Shown here one piece after another: positions 28,730 to 38,822 of a stretch of 64,000 bases of DNA. The stretch is from Spirochaetota bacterium (GTDB lineage: Bacteria; Spirochaetota; UBA6919; CBDBPB01). The stretch lies in contig CBDBPB010000008.1 of assembly GCA_965208615.1 (NCBI GenBank), positions 78,331-142,330 of the forward strand, given 5' to 3'. The notes under the pieces are model-generated. The model saw only the letters and a program-made list of their open reading frames with translations. It ran no database searches and had not been told where the DNA came from. Made by a program: the position numbers and the translations under genes. How positions within the stretch are numbered: position 1 is the stretch's first letter; each line of letters begins with the position of its first letter.

Positions 28730-30051
28730 TTAATTCTTGTGCTTTTCAGAGAATATATACCAAAATAGATAAAATTACCAGAGCTACTTGTTCATTAAGG
28801 GCTTATGGTGTTAGTTATAGAGAAATGGCTGTAGTAAACAAAAGAATGGCACAAGTTATCAAAATTATTGATAATGAGGTTACCCTTCAGGTATTCTCTG
28901 GAACTGAAGGTATTCCTACTAATGCAGAGGTATTTTTTCTTGGTAATAGCCCCACTATTACAGTTGGGGACGATTTAATTGGTGGTTTTTTTAATGCTTA
29001 TGGAGAACCTCTTTATGGGGATATTTATATAGAGGGTGAAAAGAAAGAAATTATAGGTTCATCGGTTAATCCTGTTAGACGGGAATTGCCTTCTAAGCTA
29101 ATTACCACTGGTATTCCGGGAATAGATTTAAATAATACCATTGTTACAGGGCAAAAGATACCATTTTTTGCTGATGCACATGAGCCATTCAACCAGATTA
29201 TGGCTATGACGGTTTTAGGTGCTGGAGCTGACAAGATTATTTTAGGGGGTATTGGTTTATCCAACGACGATTTTTTATTTTACAAGTCCACTTTTGATAA
29301 TAAGGGTATATTAGATAAGATTATTTGTTTTATAAATACTACTGAGGATCCGCCTGTTGAAAGGCTTTTGATACCTGATACGGCATTGACTGCGGCTGAA
29401 TATTTTGCCGTTGAAAAAGATGAGGATGTTTTAGTACTACTAACTGATATGACTAACTATGCAGAGGCTCTTAGTATTGTATCCAACAAAATGGATCAAA
29501 TACCGTCTAAGGATAGTATGCCTGGTTCTTTGTATAGTGATTTGGCCAGAGTTTATGAAAAAGCTGTACAACTACCATCTGGAGGGTCTATTACTATTAT
29601 TTCGGTTACCAGTATATCAGGGGATGACATTACTCATGCCATACCTGATAATACTGGCTATATAACCGAAGGACAGCTTTTTTTAAGAAGCGATTCTGAT
29701 ATTAACAAAGTTATCGTTGATCCATTTAGGAGCTTATCCAGGCTCAAGCAGTTAGTTATTGGAACTAAAACCAGAAAAGATCATCCACAGGTTATGAATA
29801 CAGCAATACGTTTGTATACTGATGCGGCTAATGCCAAAACTAAGTTTGAAAACGGATTTGAGCTATCCGATTATGATAATAGGGCTATAGCTTTTGCAAG
29901 GGATTATTCAGAAAGTCTTTTGGCTATTGACGTTAATCTTGATATTAATTCTATGTTGGACAAAGCATGGCAGTTATTTGCAAAGTATTTTACCCCTATT
30001 GAAACGGCTATTAAGCAAGACTTGGTAGACAAATATTGGTATAGACAATGA
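28726..30051 (+). CDS. atpB: V/A-type ATP synthase subunit B
   Basis: GQKIPFF, VLVLLTDMTNYAEAL, PGSLYSDLA, PDNTGYITEGQ and SLSRL motifs. Confidence 0.97.
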   Translation: MINSCAFQRIYTKIDKITRATCSLRAYGVSYREMAVVNKRMAQVIKIIDNEVTLQVFSGTEGIPTNAEVFFLGNSPTITVGDDLIGGFFNAYGEPLYGDIYIEGEKKEIIGSSVNPVRRELPSKLITTGIPGIDLNNTIVTGQKIPFFADAHEPFNQIMAMTVLGAGADKIILGGIGLSNDDFLFYKSTFDNKGILDKIICFINTTEDPPVERLLIPDTALTAAEYFAVEKDEDVLVLLTDMTNYAEALSIVSNKMDQIPSKDSMPGSLYSDLARVYEKAVQLPSGGSITIISVTSISGDDITHAIPDNTGYITEGQLFLRSDSDINKVIVDPFRSLSRLKQLVIGTKTRKDHPQVMNTAIRLYTDAANAKTKFENGFELSDYDNRAIAFARDYSESLLAIDVNLDINSMLDKAWQLFAKYFTPIETAIKQDLVDKYWYRQ

Positions 30052-30653
30052 ATATAAAGTTCCACTATACTAAAACGTCCTTACAAAGCCTGAATAAACA
30101 ACTTAACACTAGACTAAATGCATTACCTACAATAAAAAACAAGGAGTCTGCCCTTAGAACTGAGGTACAAAGGGTTAAATCGGAGTTAAAGGCTGTTGAA
30201 ACGCTAATAAACAAAAAACTAACCGAATATAAAAATATTATTAGTCTTTGGGCTGAGTTTGACCCTAGTATAGTTACCATAAGGGAGCTTATATTGGATA
30301 GTAAAAAAATTGCCGGGATTAACGTTCCTATTTTGAGGGATATTATCTTTTCTATAAAGAACTTTAGTTTATTTAATAGTCCCAAATGGTTTTTGGATGG
30401 CATTGTTATTATTAAGGATATATCCAGGATTATTATTGAGAAGAATATATTATCCAGCAGGATTAAACTTCTTGATCATGCAAGGAAAAAGGCTACTCAA
30501 AAGGTTAATTTGTATGAGAAGGTACAAATACCCGACTACCAAAAGGCTATTATAAAGATTAATAATTTTCTAGAGGATGAAGAGAACTTATCCATTGCCG
30601 CTCAGAAAATGGCTAAGAAAAAAAGGGAACATAATAATATTATTATGGGCTAA
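30048..30653 (+). CDS. atpD: V/A-type ATP synthase subunit D
   Basis: LPTIKNKESAL and TQKVNLYEKVQIP motifs. Confidence 0.93.
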   Translation: MNIKFHYTKTSLQSLNKQLNTRLNALPTIKNKESALRTEVQRVKSELKAVETLINKKLTEYKNIISLWAEFDPSIVTIRELILDSKKIAGINVPILRDIIFSIKNFSLFNSPKWFLDGIVIIKDISRIIIEKNILSSRIKLLDHARKKATQKVNLYEKVQIPDYQKAIIKINNFLEDEENLSIAAQKMAKKKREHNNIIMG

Positions 30654-30656
30654 TTT

Positions 30657-32429
30657 ATGATTATATCAATGGAACATTTTAGTTTTTTAATTTATCACAA
30701 AGAGTATAAGGCTTTTTTATATGAGCTTAGGGATATTGGTGTAGTCCATATTATCGAAAAAAAGAACTGGATAAATAAAGAAAACCTGGATAAGTATGAG
30801 TTAATAAAGGAATTTAAAAGTACAATTAAATATCTTAAAAATAGAAAGACTAATACAATATGTTATAGCAAATCGACCAATGGCTTTTTGATACTGGATG
30901 ATGTTAATAAACTAAGATCCTTGCTGACAGAGTATAAACAACTTAGAGCCGATATAGAAAAGAAAATCAACGATATTGAGCCATGGGGTGATTTCTCCAT
31001 TGAGGTTATAAACCGTTTAGCGGATAATGGTATTAGAATTCGTTTTTTTACATGTCTGGATAAGTTGTTTAACCCAGAGTGGGAAAGCTTATATAATTTA
31101 GAGGTTATACATAGAAGCTCTAATATAGTTTATTTTATAGTACTACACAAGGATAGTGATAATATAGATATTAACGTAGAGGAGGTTAAATTAGAAAAGC
31201 AGTCATTATCTGCTCTTAGGAATGACTTAAAAAGTGTAATATCCGATATTTATGACATCAATAGGGCTATTGATGGGTATACTAATAAATGTATAGGCTT
31301 TTTAGAGAGTAGTTGCAATAGCCTTGAGGAAAGCTATGACTATGATATGGCTTTCTTTAGCGGAAATAAGACGGCAGATGATAAACTTATAGTTTTAGAG
31401 GGTTGGGTGCCTCAGTCTAAGATAGATTGCCTTATATCATATTTAGAGGACAAACGTATAGTATATTCTATATCCCTAGTCAATAAGGGGGATAGTGTAC
31501 CTATTTTATTGAGTAACAATAGGTTTACAAGGCTATTTGAGTGGATTGGTAAATTATTTTCTTTACCTGCTTATGTTGAGTTAGATTTAACTGTATTTTT
31601 TGCACCTTTTTTTATTATGTTTTTCGGCTTTTGCCTTGGTGATGGGGGATATGGTCTTATTCTTTTTTTATTTGTTAGCACTTATAAGTTTTGGGCTAAG
31701 GAGGATATAAAAGTTTATTTATCCATGGTACAACTTTTGTCATTATCGGCCGTATTCTTTGGTATGTTGTCTGGAACTTTCTTTGGCATTCCACTAATTG
31801 GGGTTAATATAGGTTATACATTTTTAACGCCTAATATTATGTTTAATTTAGCCTTAGTGATTGGGATTATACAGGTTATATTTGCCATTATTCTGCGTAT
31901 AGTCAATATTATTATTCAAAGGGGATTTATTTATTCATTATCGAGTATTGGGTGGTTAGGTTTTGTCCTATCCTTCATACTATATTTTATATTGCCATAC
32001 TTTGGCATTTCATTAATCCCCTTATACTTGTGGATAACAGCTATTATTAATATAGCTGTAATATTATTATTTACTGATCCTGATGAGCCTGTTGTTAAGA
32101 GGTTTTTAAAAGGACTTTTTAGTATATATCTTAGTGTTACTGGCTTTTTTGGCGATGTACTATCATATATTAGGTTATTCGCATTAGGTTTATCCAGTTC
32201 TATATTGGGTTTAGTTATTAACGACATAGCCATAAATATAAAAGGCTCAGGGGGACTTTTTAGAGAGCTGTTATTCATTATTTTTTTGCTAATAGGACAT
32301 AGCTTAAATATTGTAATATCTTCACTTAGTGCTTTTGTGCATCCAATGAGGCTTACCTTTGTTGAGTTTTATAAGAATGTCGGGTTTATAGGAGGAGGCA
32401 AGGTTTATAAGCCTTTTTCTAAGAAATAG
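30657..32429 (+). CDS. atpI: V/A-type ATP synthase subunit I (a)
   Basis: EGWVP, FFGFCLGDGGYG, DVLSYIRLFALGL and HPMRLTFVEF motifs. Confidence 0.95.
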   Translation: MIISMEHFSFLIYHKEYKAFLYELRDIGVVHIIEKKNWINKENLDKYELIKEFKSTIKYLKNRKTNTICYSKSTNGFLILDDVNKLRSLLTEYKQLRADIEKKINDIEPWGDFSIEVINRLADNGIRIRFFTCLDKLFNPEWESLYNLEVIHRSSNIVYFIVLHKDSDNIDINVEEVKLEKQSLSALRNDLKSVISDIYDINRAIDGYTNKCIGFLESSCNSLEESYDYDMAFFSGNKTADDKLIVLEGWVPQSKIDCLISYLEDKRIVYSISLVNKGDSVPILLSNNRFTRLFEWIGKLFSLPAYVELDLTVFFAPFFIMFFGFCLGDGGYGLILFLFVSTYKFWAKEDIKVYLSMVQLLSLSAVFFGMLSGTFFGIPLIGVNIGYTFLTPNIMFNLALVIGIIQVIFAIILRIVNIIIQRGFIYSLSSIGWLGFVLSFILYFILPYFGISLIPLYLWITAIINIAVILLFTDPDEPVVKRFLKGLFSIYLSVTGFFGDVLSYIRLFALGLSSSILGLVINDIAINIKGSGGLFRELLFIIFLLIGHSLNIVISSLSAFVHPMRLTFVEFYKNVGFIGGGKVYKPFSKK

Positions 32430-32433
32430 TAAT

Positions 32434-33390
32434 TTATGTTTTAAACTTAGTAATAAAAATCTCAAACTTGACCATATAGCTAATTTTATCCAGTACTCTT
32501 ACGGAGTAGTCAAGGTTGGTTAGAAAGTGGAATAGGCTTTCTAAGTGCGAAAATGAAAATCTTTTTTCTTGTGCATATAGTTTATTGACAACAAATTGGG
32601 GAAGCCCTATTACCTTATTTATCTCTTTAGCATGAGTATTTGACTTTTTTAGAGTTTTTAGCCTCCATAATAGCCTAAGCTGTCTGTGGATCATGGATAT
32701 TAAAAATATACATTTATCATCTTCATTGATTATTAGTCTAAATAGTCTAAGACTTTTTAGTATATCGTTAGAGAATAGGCATTCTATAAACTCAAATACC
32801 GATGGAATGCGAGATGCACACAGTATATGAGGGATGTCGCTAGCTTTAAATGTTTTACCATTAGTATAAAAGTTTTTAATGGTATTAACTATATAGTCTA
32901 TGTTGGTTAAGTATCCCTCTTCTTGCTCTATTAGATGGCTAATGGCATTTATTTCATACTTTATTTTAGCTTTATCTAACTTTGTGGATAATAGCTCCAT
33001 TAACTCATTGGATTTCTTTTCCATAAAGACTTGACATAAACCGAACTCCTCAGAATATTTAACTATATTTTTATTAATATCTTTTTTAGCTTTAGAAGAA
33101 GTTAAAATTAAAACAGCACTACTACACGGACTTTCAATATACTTAGTTATGATTTTGTGATCCAACAGATCACTGTTAAATACCTTAACTATTTTTACAG
33201 CAGATAATATTGAATATGTATTACACTCAGAGACTATATCTTGTGCATGACTATCTTCAGCAAAGAAAGAAAAGGAATCAATCTTATTACCTTGTTTTAT
33301 GATATAGTTTTCAATTTCTTTTATACGTTTTTTAATACCTTCATGATCTGTTCCGGTTAACAGATAAACCGAATGTACTTTGTTAGTCAA
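32434..33390 (-). CDS. holA: DNA polymerase III delta subunit
   Basis: VYLLTG N-terminus, SVFEFIECL, MIHRQLRLL and LDYSVR motifs; typical size. Confidence 0.8.
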   Translation of the reverse strand: MTNKVHSVYLLTGTDHEGIKKRIKEIENYIIKQGNKIDSFSFFAEDSHAQDIVSECNTYSILSAVKIVKVFNSDLLDHKIITKYIESPCSSAVLILTSSKAKKDINKNIVKYSEEFGLCQVFMEKKSNELMELLSTKLDKAKIKYEINAISHLIEQEEGYLTNIDYIVNTIKNFYTNGKTFKASDIPHILCASRIPSVFEFIECLFSNDILKSLRLFRLIINEDDKCIFLISMIHRQLRLLWRLKTLKKSNTHAKEINKVIGLPQFVVNKLYAQEKRFSFSHLESLFHFLTNLDYSVRVLDKISYMVKFEIFITKFKT

Positions 33391-33411
33391 GGTTTTTCCT
33401 TATAATAATAT

Positions 33412-34161
33412 TTATATTAAGGCAAAAAATGACATAATTCTACCACTTTTACTACCTTCTTTTCTATGCGAATAAAAAAGGTCTATATTGCATGACGTAC
33501 AAAGGGCAGAATCGCTAAATATATTGCTTATTCCAAGGGTATTCGCTTGTTGAGTGTTTTCTTTAACCAGATTTAGATAGTAATGATTTTCTTTTTCTTT
33601 TAGAACTTCTTTGCTAAAAGTATTTTTAAAGCTGTCAGATACCTCATAACAACACTCTCTAATACAAGGACCAAAGGATATAATAATATCCTTGGAATTG
33701 GAGTTGTATAATTTAATAAAAAGGTTAATAGCCTTTTCTATTATTCTTTTAGCAGTACCCTTCCATCCTGCATGCAAAAGGGATATAATACTTTTTTCTT
33801 TATCTAAAATGAATATAGGAAGACAATCTGCACTTTGTATACATAAAACAATATTTTTGTTATTGGTTATAAGTCCATCGCAGTCTTTAATGGCATTATT
33901 ATCACTAAAAGCTCCGCTCCCCCTATTAGAAACGAAAACAGGTGTAATACTACTATGATGTATCTGTTTTGCAAATACGCCAAAGTCAAGGGGTAATGAT
34001 ATACTATCAAACAAGTTAAGACGATTATCTAAAGTATTATATGTATTCCCTTTGCTAAAGCTAATATTGAAATCTTTATTGTTTAAACTTCTATAAGAGG
34101 TACCACAAATAACATTACCATAGTTTTCTATTATGTTATGCTGGAACAGTTGATTTATAAT
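33412..34161 (-). CDS. pgeF: PgeF/YfiH family purine nucleoside phosphorylase / peptidoglycan editing factor
   Basis: KQIH, DGLIT, SADCLPI, HAGWKG, GPCI..CCYEV and FYSHR motifs. The frame stays open upstream of the TTG at 34014, to 34161, with a family-like N-terminus. Confidence 0.9.
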   Translation of the reverse strand: MINQLFQHNIIENYGNVICGTSYRSLNNKDFNISFSKGNTYNTLDNRLNLFDSISLPLDFGVFAKQIHHSSITPVFVSNRGSGAFSDNNAIKDCDGLITNNKNIVLCIQSADCLPIFILDKEKSIISLLHAGWKGTAKRIIEKAINLFIKLYNSNSKDIIISFGPCIRECCYEVSDSFKNTFSKEVLKEKENHYYLNLVKENTQQANTLGISNIFSDSALCTSCNIDLFYSHRKEGSKSGRIMSFFALI

Positions 34162-34863
34162 CTATCCTTTACCAATATAAAAATCTTCAATTCTATAGGT
34201 AGTCTCTTTTTGAAGAGATGCTTTTTTCATTCTCTCAGATGTACGCTCTATCTTAAAGGACTTTTTAACCTTTTGAGAATTAGGTTGTTCTGCCACAATC
34301 AAAAGTTCAAATTTACGGGTTGTAGAATTATTATAGTTATCCTCAATAGGCTTGGGATAAAAAGTATAATAGCCGCTTGTCTTATCAGATATGATATACG
34401 GATTATGCCATAATGAGTTTATCATAGCAACACTCTTATAGGAGCTATTTGTCTTATATTTTAATGTTACTGCTATACCAGAGACCTCTTCCCATGTATC
34501 TAGCGAGATTATCTTGCCAACAAAGCAAGGAAAATGAAAGTAATATCCTTCATTTTTATAGTCTTTACTAATAGTTTGTTCCTGACTAGTTATTTCATCA
34601 CCTTTCCTACGGGAATAGATAACCCTCATACCCTTAGCTACTAATGCAAAAATATCAACATGTTCCTGTAAGTTTTTATCAAGCTTGCTTTCGGAGTGTA
34701 TAACCCCTCTACCACTTGTAACATACATAGGTTTTAATCTATTTAATACATAACATGCCAGATCGTTTTTGTGTATATCGTTTTTCCAAAAATTATCGTT
34801 TGTCTCTTTTAGCATAACATTAACTGCATAAAAGACTACTTCTTCCATATTATTTTTCAACAT
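34162..34863 (-). CDS. ComFB (late competence development) family protein with C-terminal extension
   Basis: LKNNMEEVV...DLACYVLNRLKPMYVTSGRG signature. Confidence 0.85.
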   Translation of the reverse strand: MLKNNMEEVVFYAVNVMLKETNDNFWKNDIHKNDLACYVLNRLKPMYVTSGRGVIHSESKLDKNLQEHVDIFALVAKGMRVIYSRRKGDEITSQEQTISKDYKNEGYYFHFPCFVGKIISLDTWEEVSGIAVTLKYKTNSSYKSVAMINSLWHNPYIISDKTSGYYTFYPKPIEDNYNNSTTRKFELLIVAEQPNSQKVKKSFKIERTSERMKKASLQKETTYRIEDFYIGKG

Positions 34864-35167
34864 AGGCTGTCCTTTTTATAAGGTTAGTCTTTTTCTAATA
34901 AAAAAATTATAGATAAATATAACCATATATCAACAAAAAGTTTTTTTTAGCTTAAAAACTAAACTTAGAAACTCGAGTATATTAATAAAGTTAATATAAG
35001 GACTAAATGTGGGCAAGATAAAACAAAATTTTTGGTATGTTTCGTATAACGAAGAAGATGACGAAATACTTATTTCTGAAACTTCTTTTATAAGAAGGGA
35101 CTTCATTAAACAACAAATCCAATTAAATACTAAAAAAACGGATAAAACTTATATATATTAATATCTT

Positions 35168-36886
35168 ATGATAAGATTTTTATCCAAAGAGACCTATCAA
35201 AAGATAGCCGCAGGTGAGGTAATAGATCGTCCTCTTGCAGTAGTAAGAGAACTTATGGATAATGCTATAGACTCCAAAGGCGATAACATAAAGGTTCAAA
35301 TTATTGCTGGCGGTAAAAAAGCCATTGAGGTAAAAGATAATGGCTTTGGTATGTCTAAAGACGATATTAAAATATGCCATCTAAAGCATACCACAAGTAA
35401 AATTATTAACTTTGATGATATATACAAAACAACCTATATGGGCTTTAGGGGTGAGGCATTAAATGCTATCTCTATCGTATCTGAGCTAACTATAACGAGC
35501 AAAAATCAAGATGATAGTATAGGCAATTCTATTATCATAAAAGGTGGTGATATTGTAACAGAAAAAGAAGTTCCCACCAATAGAGGGACAAGTATAAAAG
35601 TTAATCATCTATTTTATAATATACCCGCTAGAGCAAGGTCGTTAAAGTCTGACATAAGTGAATTTAGACATATTAAGAATATATTTATTCAAAAGGCTAT
35701 CCCCCATAATAATATTGGTATTACTCTTGTTAATAATGAAAAAACTGTTTTTAATATACCAAAGCCCTACTCCATTCTTGATAGGATAAAAATATTCTAC
35801 GGACAAGAACTCTCAGATCATCTAATCCCAATTGATAAAGACTTTGATGGCTTTAGTATATCTGGTTTTATATCAAAGCCTAACTTTTTCAAGGGATCAA
35901 AGAAATATCAATGCTATTATATTAATAATCGTTCTATATTCTCTAATAGCATGGCTCACGCTGTTTATCTGGGATATGATAGTATTACGCCTGTTGGACA
36001 ATATCCCGTTAGCTTTTTATTTATAAAGATTGATCCTAAGCTGATTGATGTTAACGTTCACCCCACTAAACGGGAGGTTAAATTGTTTAATGAGAGTACT
36101 ATTCATAATGAACTTTATCAGCTTATAAAAAATAGTGTCTCTAAACACCCATCTTTGCCAAAAATTGAGTTTAAGAGTAACATAAAAAACTCTATTAAAA
36201 CTTATTACAATAAAAAAAGTAAAAAGCTCGATCTAAGGCATAATGCTTTTGTATACAAAAAATCAATGATAAATAATAAGTCTAACACTATCCCAAATAC
36301 TGATGAGAGTATAGACTATAAAATAATAGGTCAGCTTTTTAATACGTATATCGTTATGGAAAAGGATGAAGAGCTTATTTTATTAGATCAACATGCCGCC
36401 CATGAGCGTCTTTTATACGAACAAATAAAAGAAAAAATAGGTGATAATAATATTCCATCACAGTCGCTGTTAGTCCCGTTCCACGTAGACATCCCCATTT
36501 CTGATTTTGAAGTTATAGCGTCTAAGCTCGATAGACTAAATAGTTTAGGCTTTCAGGTTGATGTATTTGGTGATAATAGTTTTATAGTGAATGCTATCCC
36601 TTATTTTCTTAAGCTTGAAAAGGCAAAAACTGTTATTGAGAAATTACTAGATAACATTAGCGATAAAGATATACCAAGTATAAAGTCATTTTTGGATGAT
36701 ACTATCAAAATGAAAGCGTGTAGATCAGCCATAAAGAGTGGAGACTCACCTTTTGACAATGAGATAAGCTATTTAATAAAGCAACTTTTAAAGTATGATA
36801 ATCCTTTTGCTTGTCCCCACGGGCGTCCTACAACATTATCCTTGACTAAGCTTGAGTTAGAACAGCTTTTTCTTAGAAAGAAATAA
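35168..36886 (+). CDS. mutL: DNA mismatch repair endonuclease MutL
   Basis: IAAGEVIDRP, GFRGEAL, DVNVHPTKREV, DQHAAHER, ACR and CPHGRP motifs. Confidence 0.98.
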   Translation: MIRFLSKETYQKIAAGEVIDRPLAVVRELMDNAIDSKGDNIKVQIIAGGKKAIEVKDNGFGMSKDDIKICHLKHTTSKIINFDDIYKTTYMGFRGEALNAISIVSELTITSKNQDDSIGNSIIIKGGDIVTEKEVPTNRGTSIKVNHLFYNIPARARSLKSDISEFRHIKNIFIQKAIPHNNIGITLVNNEKTVFNIPKPYSILDRIKIFYGQELSDHLIPIDKDFDGFSISGFISKPNFFKGSKKYQCYYINNRSIFSNSMAHAVYLGYDSITPVGQYPVSFLFIKIDPKLIDVNVHPTKREVKLFNESTIHNELYQLIKNSVSKHPSLPKIEFKSNIKNSIKTYYNKKSKKLDLRHNAFVYKKSMINNKSNTIPNTDESIDYKIIGQLFNTYIVMEKDEELILLDQHAAHERLLYEQIKEKIGDNNIPSQSLLVPFHVDIPISDFEVIASKLDRLNSLGFQVDVFGDNSFIVNAIPYFLKLEKAKTVIEKLLDNISDKDIPSIKSFLDDTIKMKACRSAIKSGDSPFDNEISYLIKQLLKYDNPFACPHGRPTTLSLTKLELEQLFLRKK

Positions 36887-36899
36887 TATTTATAAATAA

Positions 36900-38252
36900 T
36901 TAAAGTATATACCGTGTTAGATCACGATCTTCTAATACACCATTCAATTTTTCATTAACGTACTTTTTACTAATAAGCACTTTTTTATTTTTACGATTGG
37001 GTGCATCAAAAGAGATATCCTCTAAAAGTTTTTCCATTACGGTATGCAGTCTTCTTGCTCCAATATTCTCTGTTCTTGAGTTAATATGAAAAGCAATTTC
37101 AGCTAAGTTATCAATTGCTTCATTTTCAAACTCCACCTTAAGCCCCTCTGTACCCAATAATGCTTTGTACTGCTTTATAAGAGAGTTTTTAGGTTCAGTC
37201 AATATTTTAAAAAGATCGTCTTTATTAAGAGAATCAAGCTCCACCCTAATAGGAAAGCGTCCTTGTAGTTCAGGTATTAGGTCTGATGGCTTTGACATAT
37301 GAAAAGCACCAGCCGCTATAAATAAAATATGCTCGGTTTTAACAACGCCATACCTAGTGTTAATAGCAGAACCCTCAATAATAGGTAAAATATCTCTTTG
37401 TACGCCTTCTCTGGATACATCCTGACCAGAACTATGAGATTTACCAACAATTTTATCAATCTCATCTAAAAATACGATTCCCATCTCTTCAACACGTTGA
37501 ATAGCCTCACTGGATACCTTATCCATATCAATTAACCTATCATACTCCATCTCAATAAGAATCTCTCTTGCCTCCCTAACAGAAAGCCTCTGTACTTTAG
37601 TCTTTGGAGGAACCATACTATTAATAATATTTTGGAAGTTAAGATCCATCTCTTCTATGCCAGTAGTAGAGAACACCTCAACCACAGGATTTCTTTGAGT
37701 CTCCACCTCGATTCTAACTATTTTATCCTCTAGTTCACCATTTTGAAGTTTAGCACGAATCTTATTTCTTGTATTGTTTGTAGATTCGTATATCTCACTA
37801 TCCTTAGAAGACTTATGCTTTTTTGATATAGGTACTAGTAAAGTTAAAAGTTCTTCTTCAGCAAGCTTTTTAGCTTTACTTTCCATCTTTTTTCGTGTTT
37901 CTTTTTTAACCAAGTTAACTCCAACAGTAGTTAAATCCCTAATTATGGACTCAACATCCCTTCCCACATATCCAACCTCAGTAAACTTAGTAGCCTCTAC
38001 TTTGGTAAAAGGTGCATTAGCAAGCTTAGCGAGCCTTCTAGCGATTTCAGTCTTTCCAACACCAGTAGCACCAATCATAATAATATTCTTTGGAACAATC
38101 TCATCTCTTAAGTCATTATCCAATGCTCTTCGTCTGGAACGATTACGTAAAGCTACTGCTACAGCTCGTTTAGCATTAGCTTGTCCAATAATATATTTAT
38201 CTAACTCTTTAACAGTCTGTCTTGGGGTAAACGAGTCGACTATTTTAGCCAT
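36900..38252 (-). CDS. hslU: ATP-dependent protease ATPase subunit HslU
   Basis: GVGKTEIARRLA, DEIDK, VSREGVQRD, PELQGRFPIRVEL and NIGARRL motifs. Confidence 0.98.
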   Translation of the reverse strand: MAKIVDSFTPRQTVKELDKYIIGQANAKRAVAVALRNRSRRRALDNDLRDEIVPKNIIMIGATGVGKTEIARRLAKLANAPFTKVEATKFTEVGYVGRDVESIIRDLTTVGVNLVKKETRKKMESKAKKLAEEELLTLLVPISKKHKSSKDSEIYESTNNTRNKIRAKLQNGELEDKIVRIEVETQRNPVVEVFSTTGIEEMDLNFQNIINSMVPPKTKVQRLSVREAREILIEMEYDRLIDMDKVSSEAIQRVEEMGIVFLDEIDKIVGKSHSSGQDVSREGVQRDILPIIEGSAINTRYGVVKTEHILFIAAGAFHMSKPSDLIPELQGRFPIRVELDSLNKDDLFKILTEPKNSLIKQYKALLGTEGLKVEFENEAIDNLAEIAFHINSRTENIGARRLHTVMEKLLEDISFDAPNRKNKKVLISKKYVNEKLNGVLEDRDLTRYIL

Positions 38253-38822
38253 CTAGAGCTCCTTAATAATAATTTGGTTATTAGTATATATACATACAGA
38301 TGCAGCTATTTTTAAAGACTCCTCTACAAGTTGTCTGGCAGTAAGCTTAGAATGGCCATCTAATGCCTTTGCAGCCGAAAGAGCATAGGTTCCACCAGAG
38401 CCAATAGCAGCAATATTATCATCAGGCTGTATTATCTCTCCATTACCAGATAAAATATAAAGTACATCCTTAGAAGCTACAATTAACATTGCCTCTAGTC
38501 GTCTTAACATCTTATCATTTCGCCATTCTTTAGCAAGCTCAATAGCCGCTATGGAACAGTCTCCACTATACTTGTTCAACTTTTCTTCGAAGCGATCAAA
38601 TAAAGTAAAAGAATCTGCAACACTACCAGCAAAACCAGCTAATACTTTTCCCTTATACATAGTACGAACTTTATTAGCAGATGATTTAACAACAGTATCA
38701 CCTAAAGTTACCTGTCCATCGCCTCCGATAACAACACTATCATTTCTTCTAATAGCTAAAATAGTGGTTCCATAAAACTTCATATTTTTTTCCTTATCTT
38801 CCATGGGGGTGACTCTTTTCAT
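38253..38822 (-). CDS. hslV: ATP-dependent protease subunit HslV
   Basis: GTTI, GDGQVTLG, GFAGSVAD and IGSGG motifs; true start is probably an internal Met (MEDKE or MKFYGTT). Confidence 0.97.
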   Translation of the reverse strand: MKRVTPMEDKEKNMKFYGTTILAIRRNDSVVIGGDGQVTLGDTVVKSSANKVRTMYKGKVLAGFAGSVADSFTLFDRFEEKLNKYSGDCSIAAIELAKEWRNDKMLRRLEAMLIVASKDVLYILSGNGEIIQPDDNIAAIGSGGTYALSAAKALDGHSKLTARQLVEESLKIAASVCIYTNNQIIIKEL

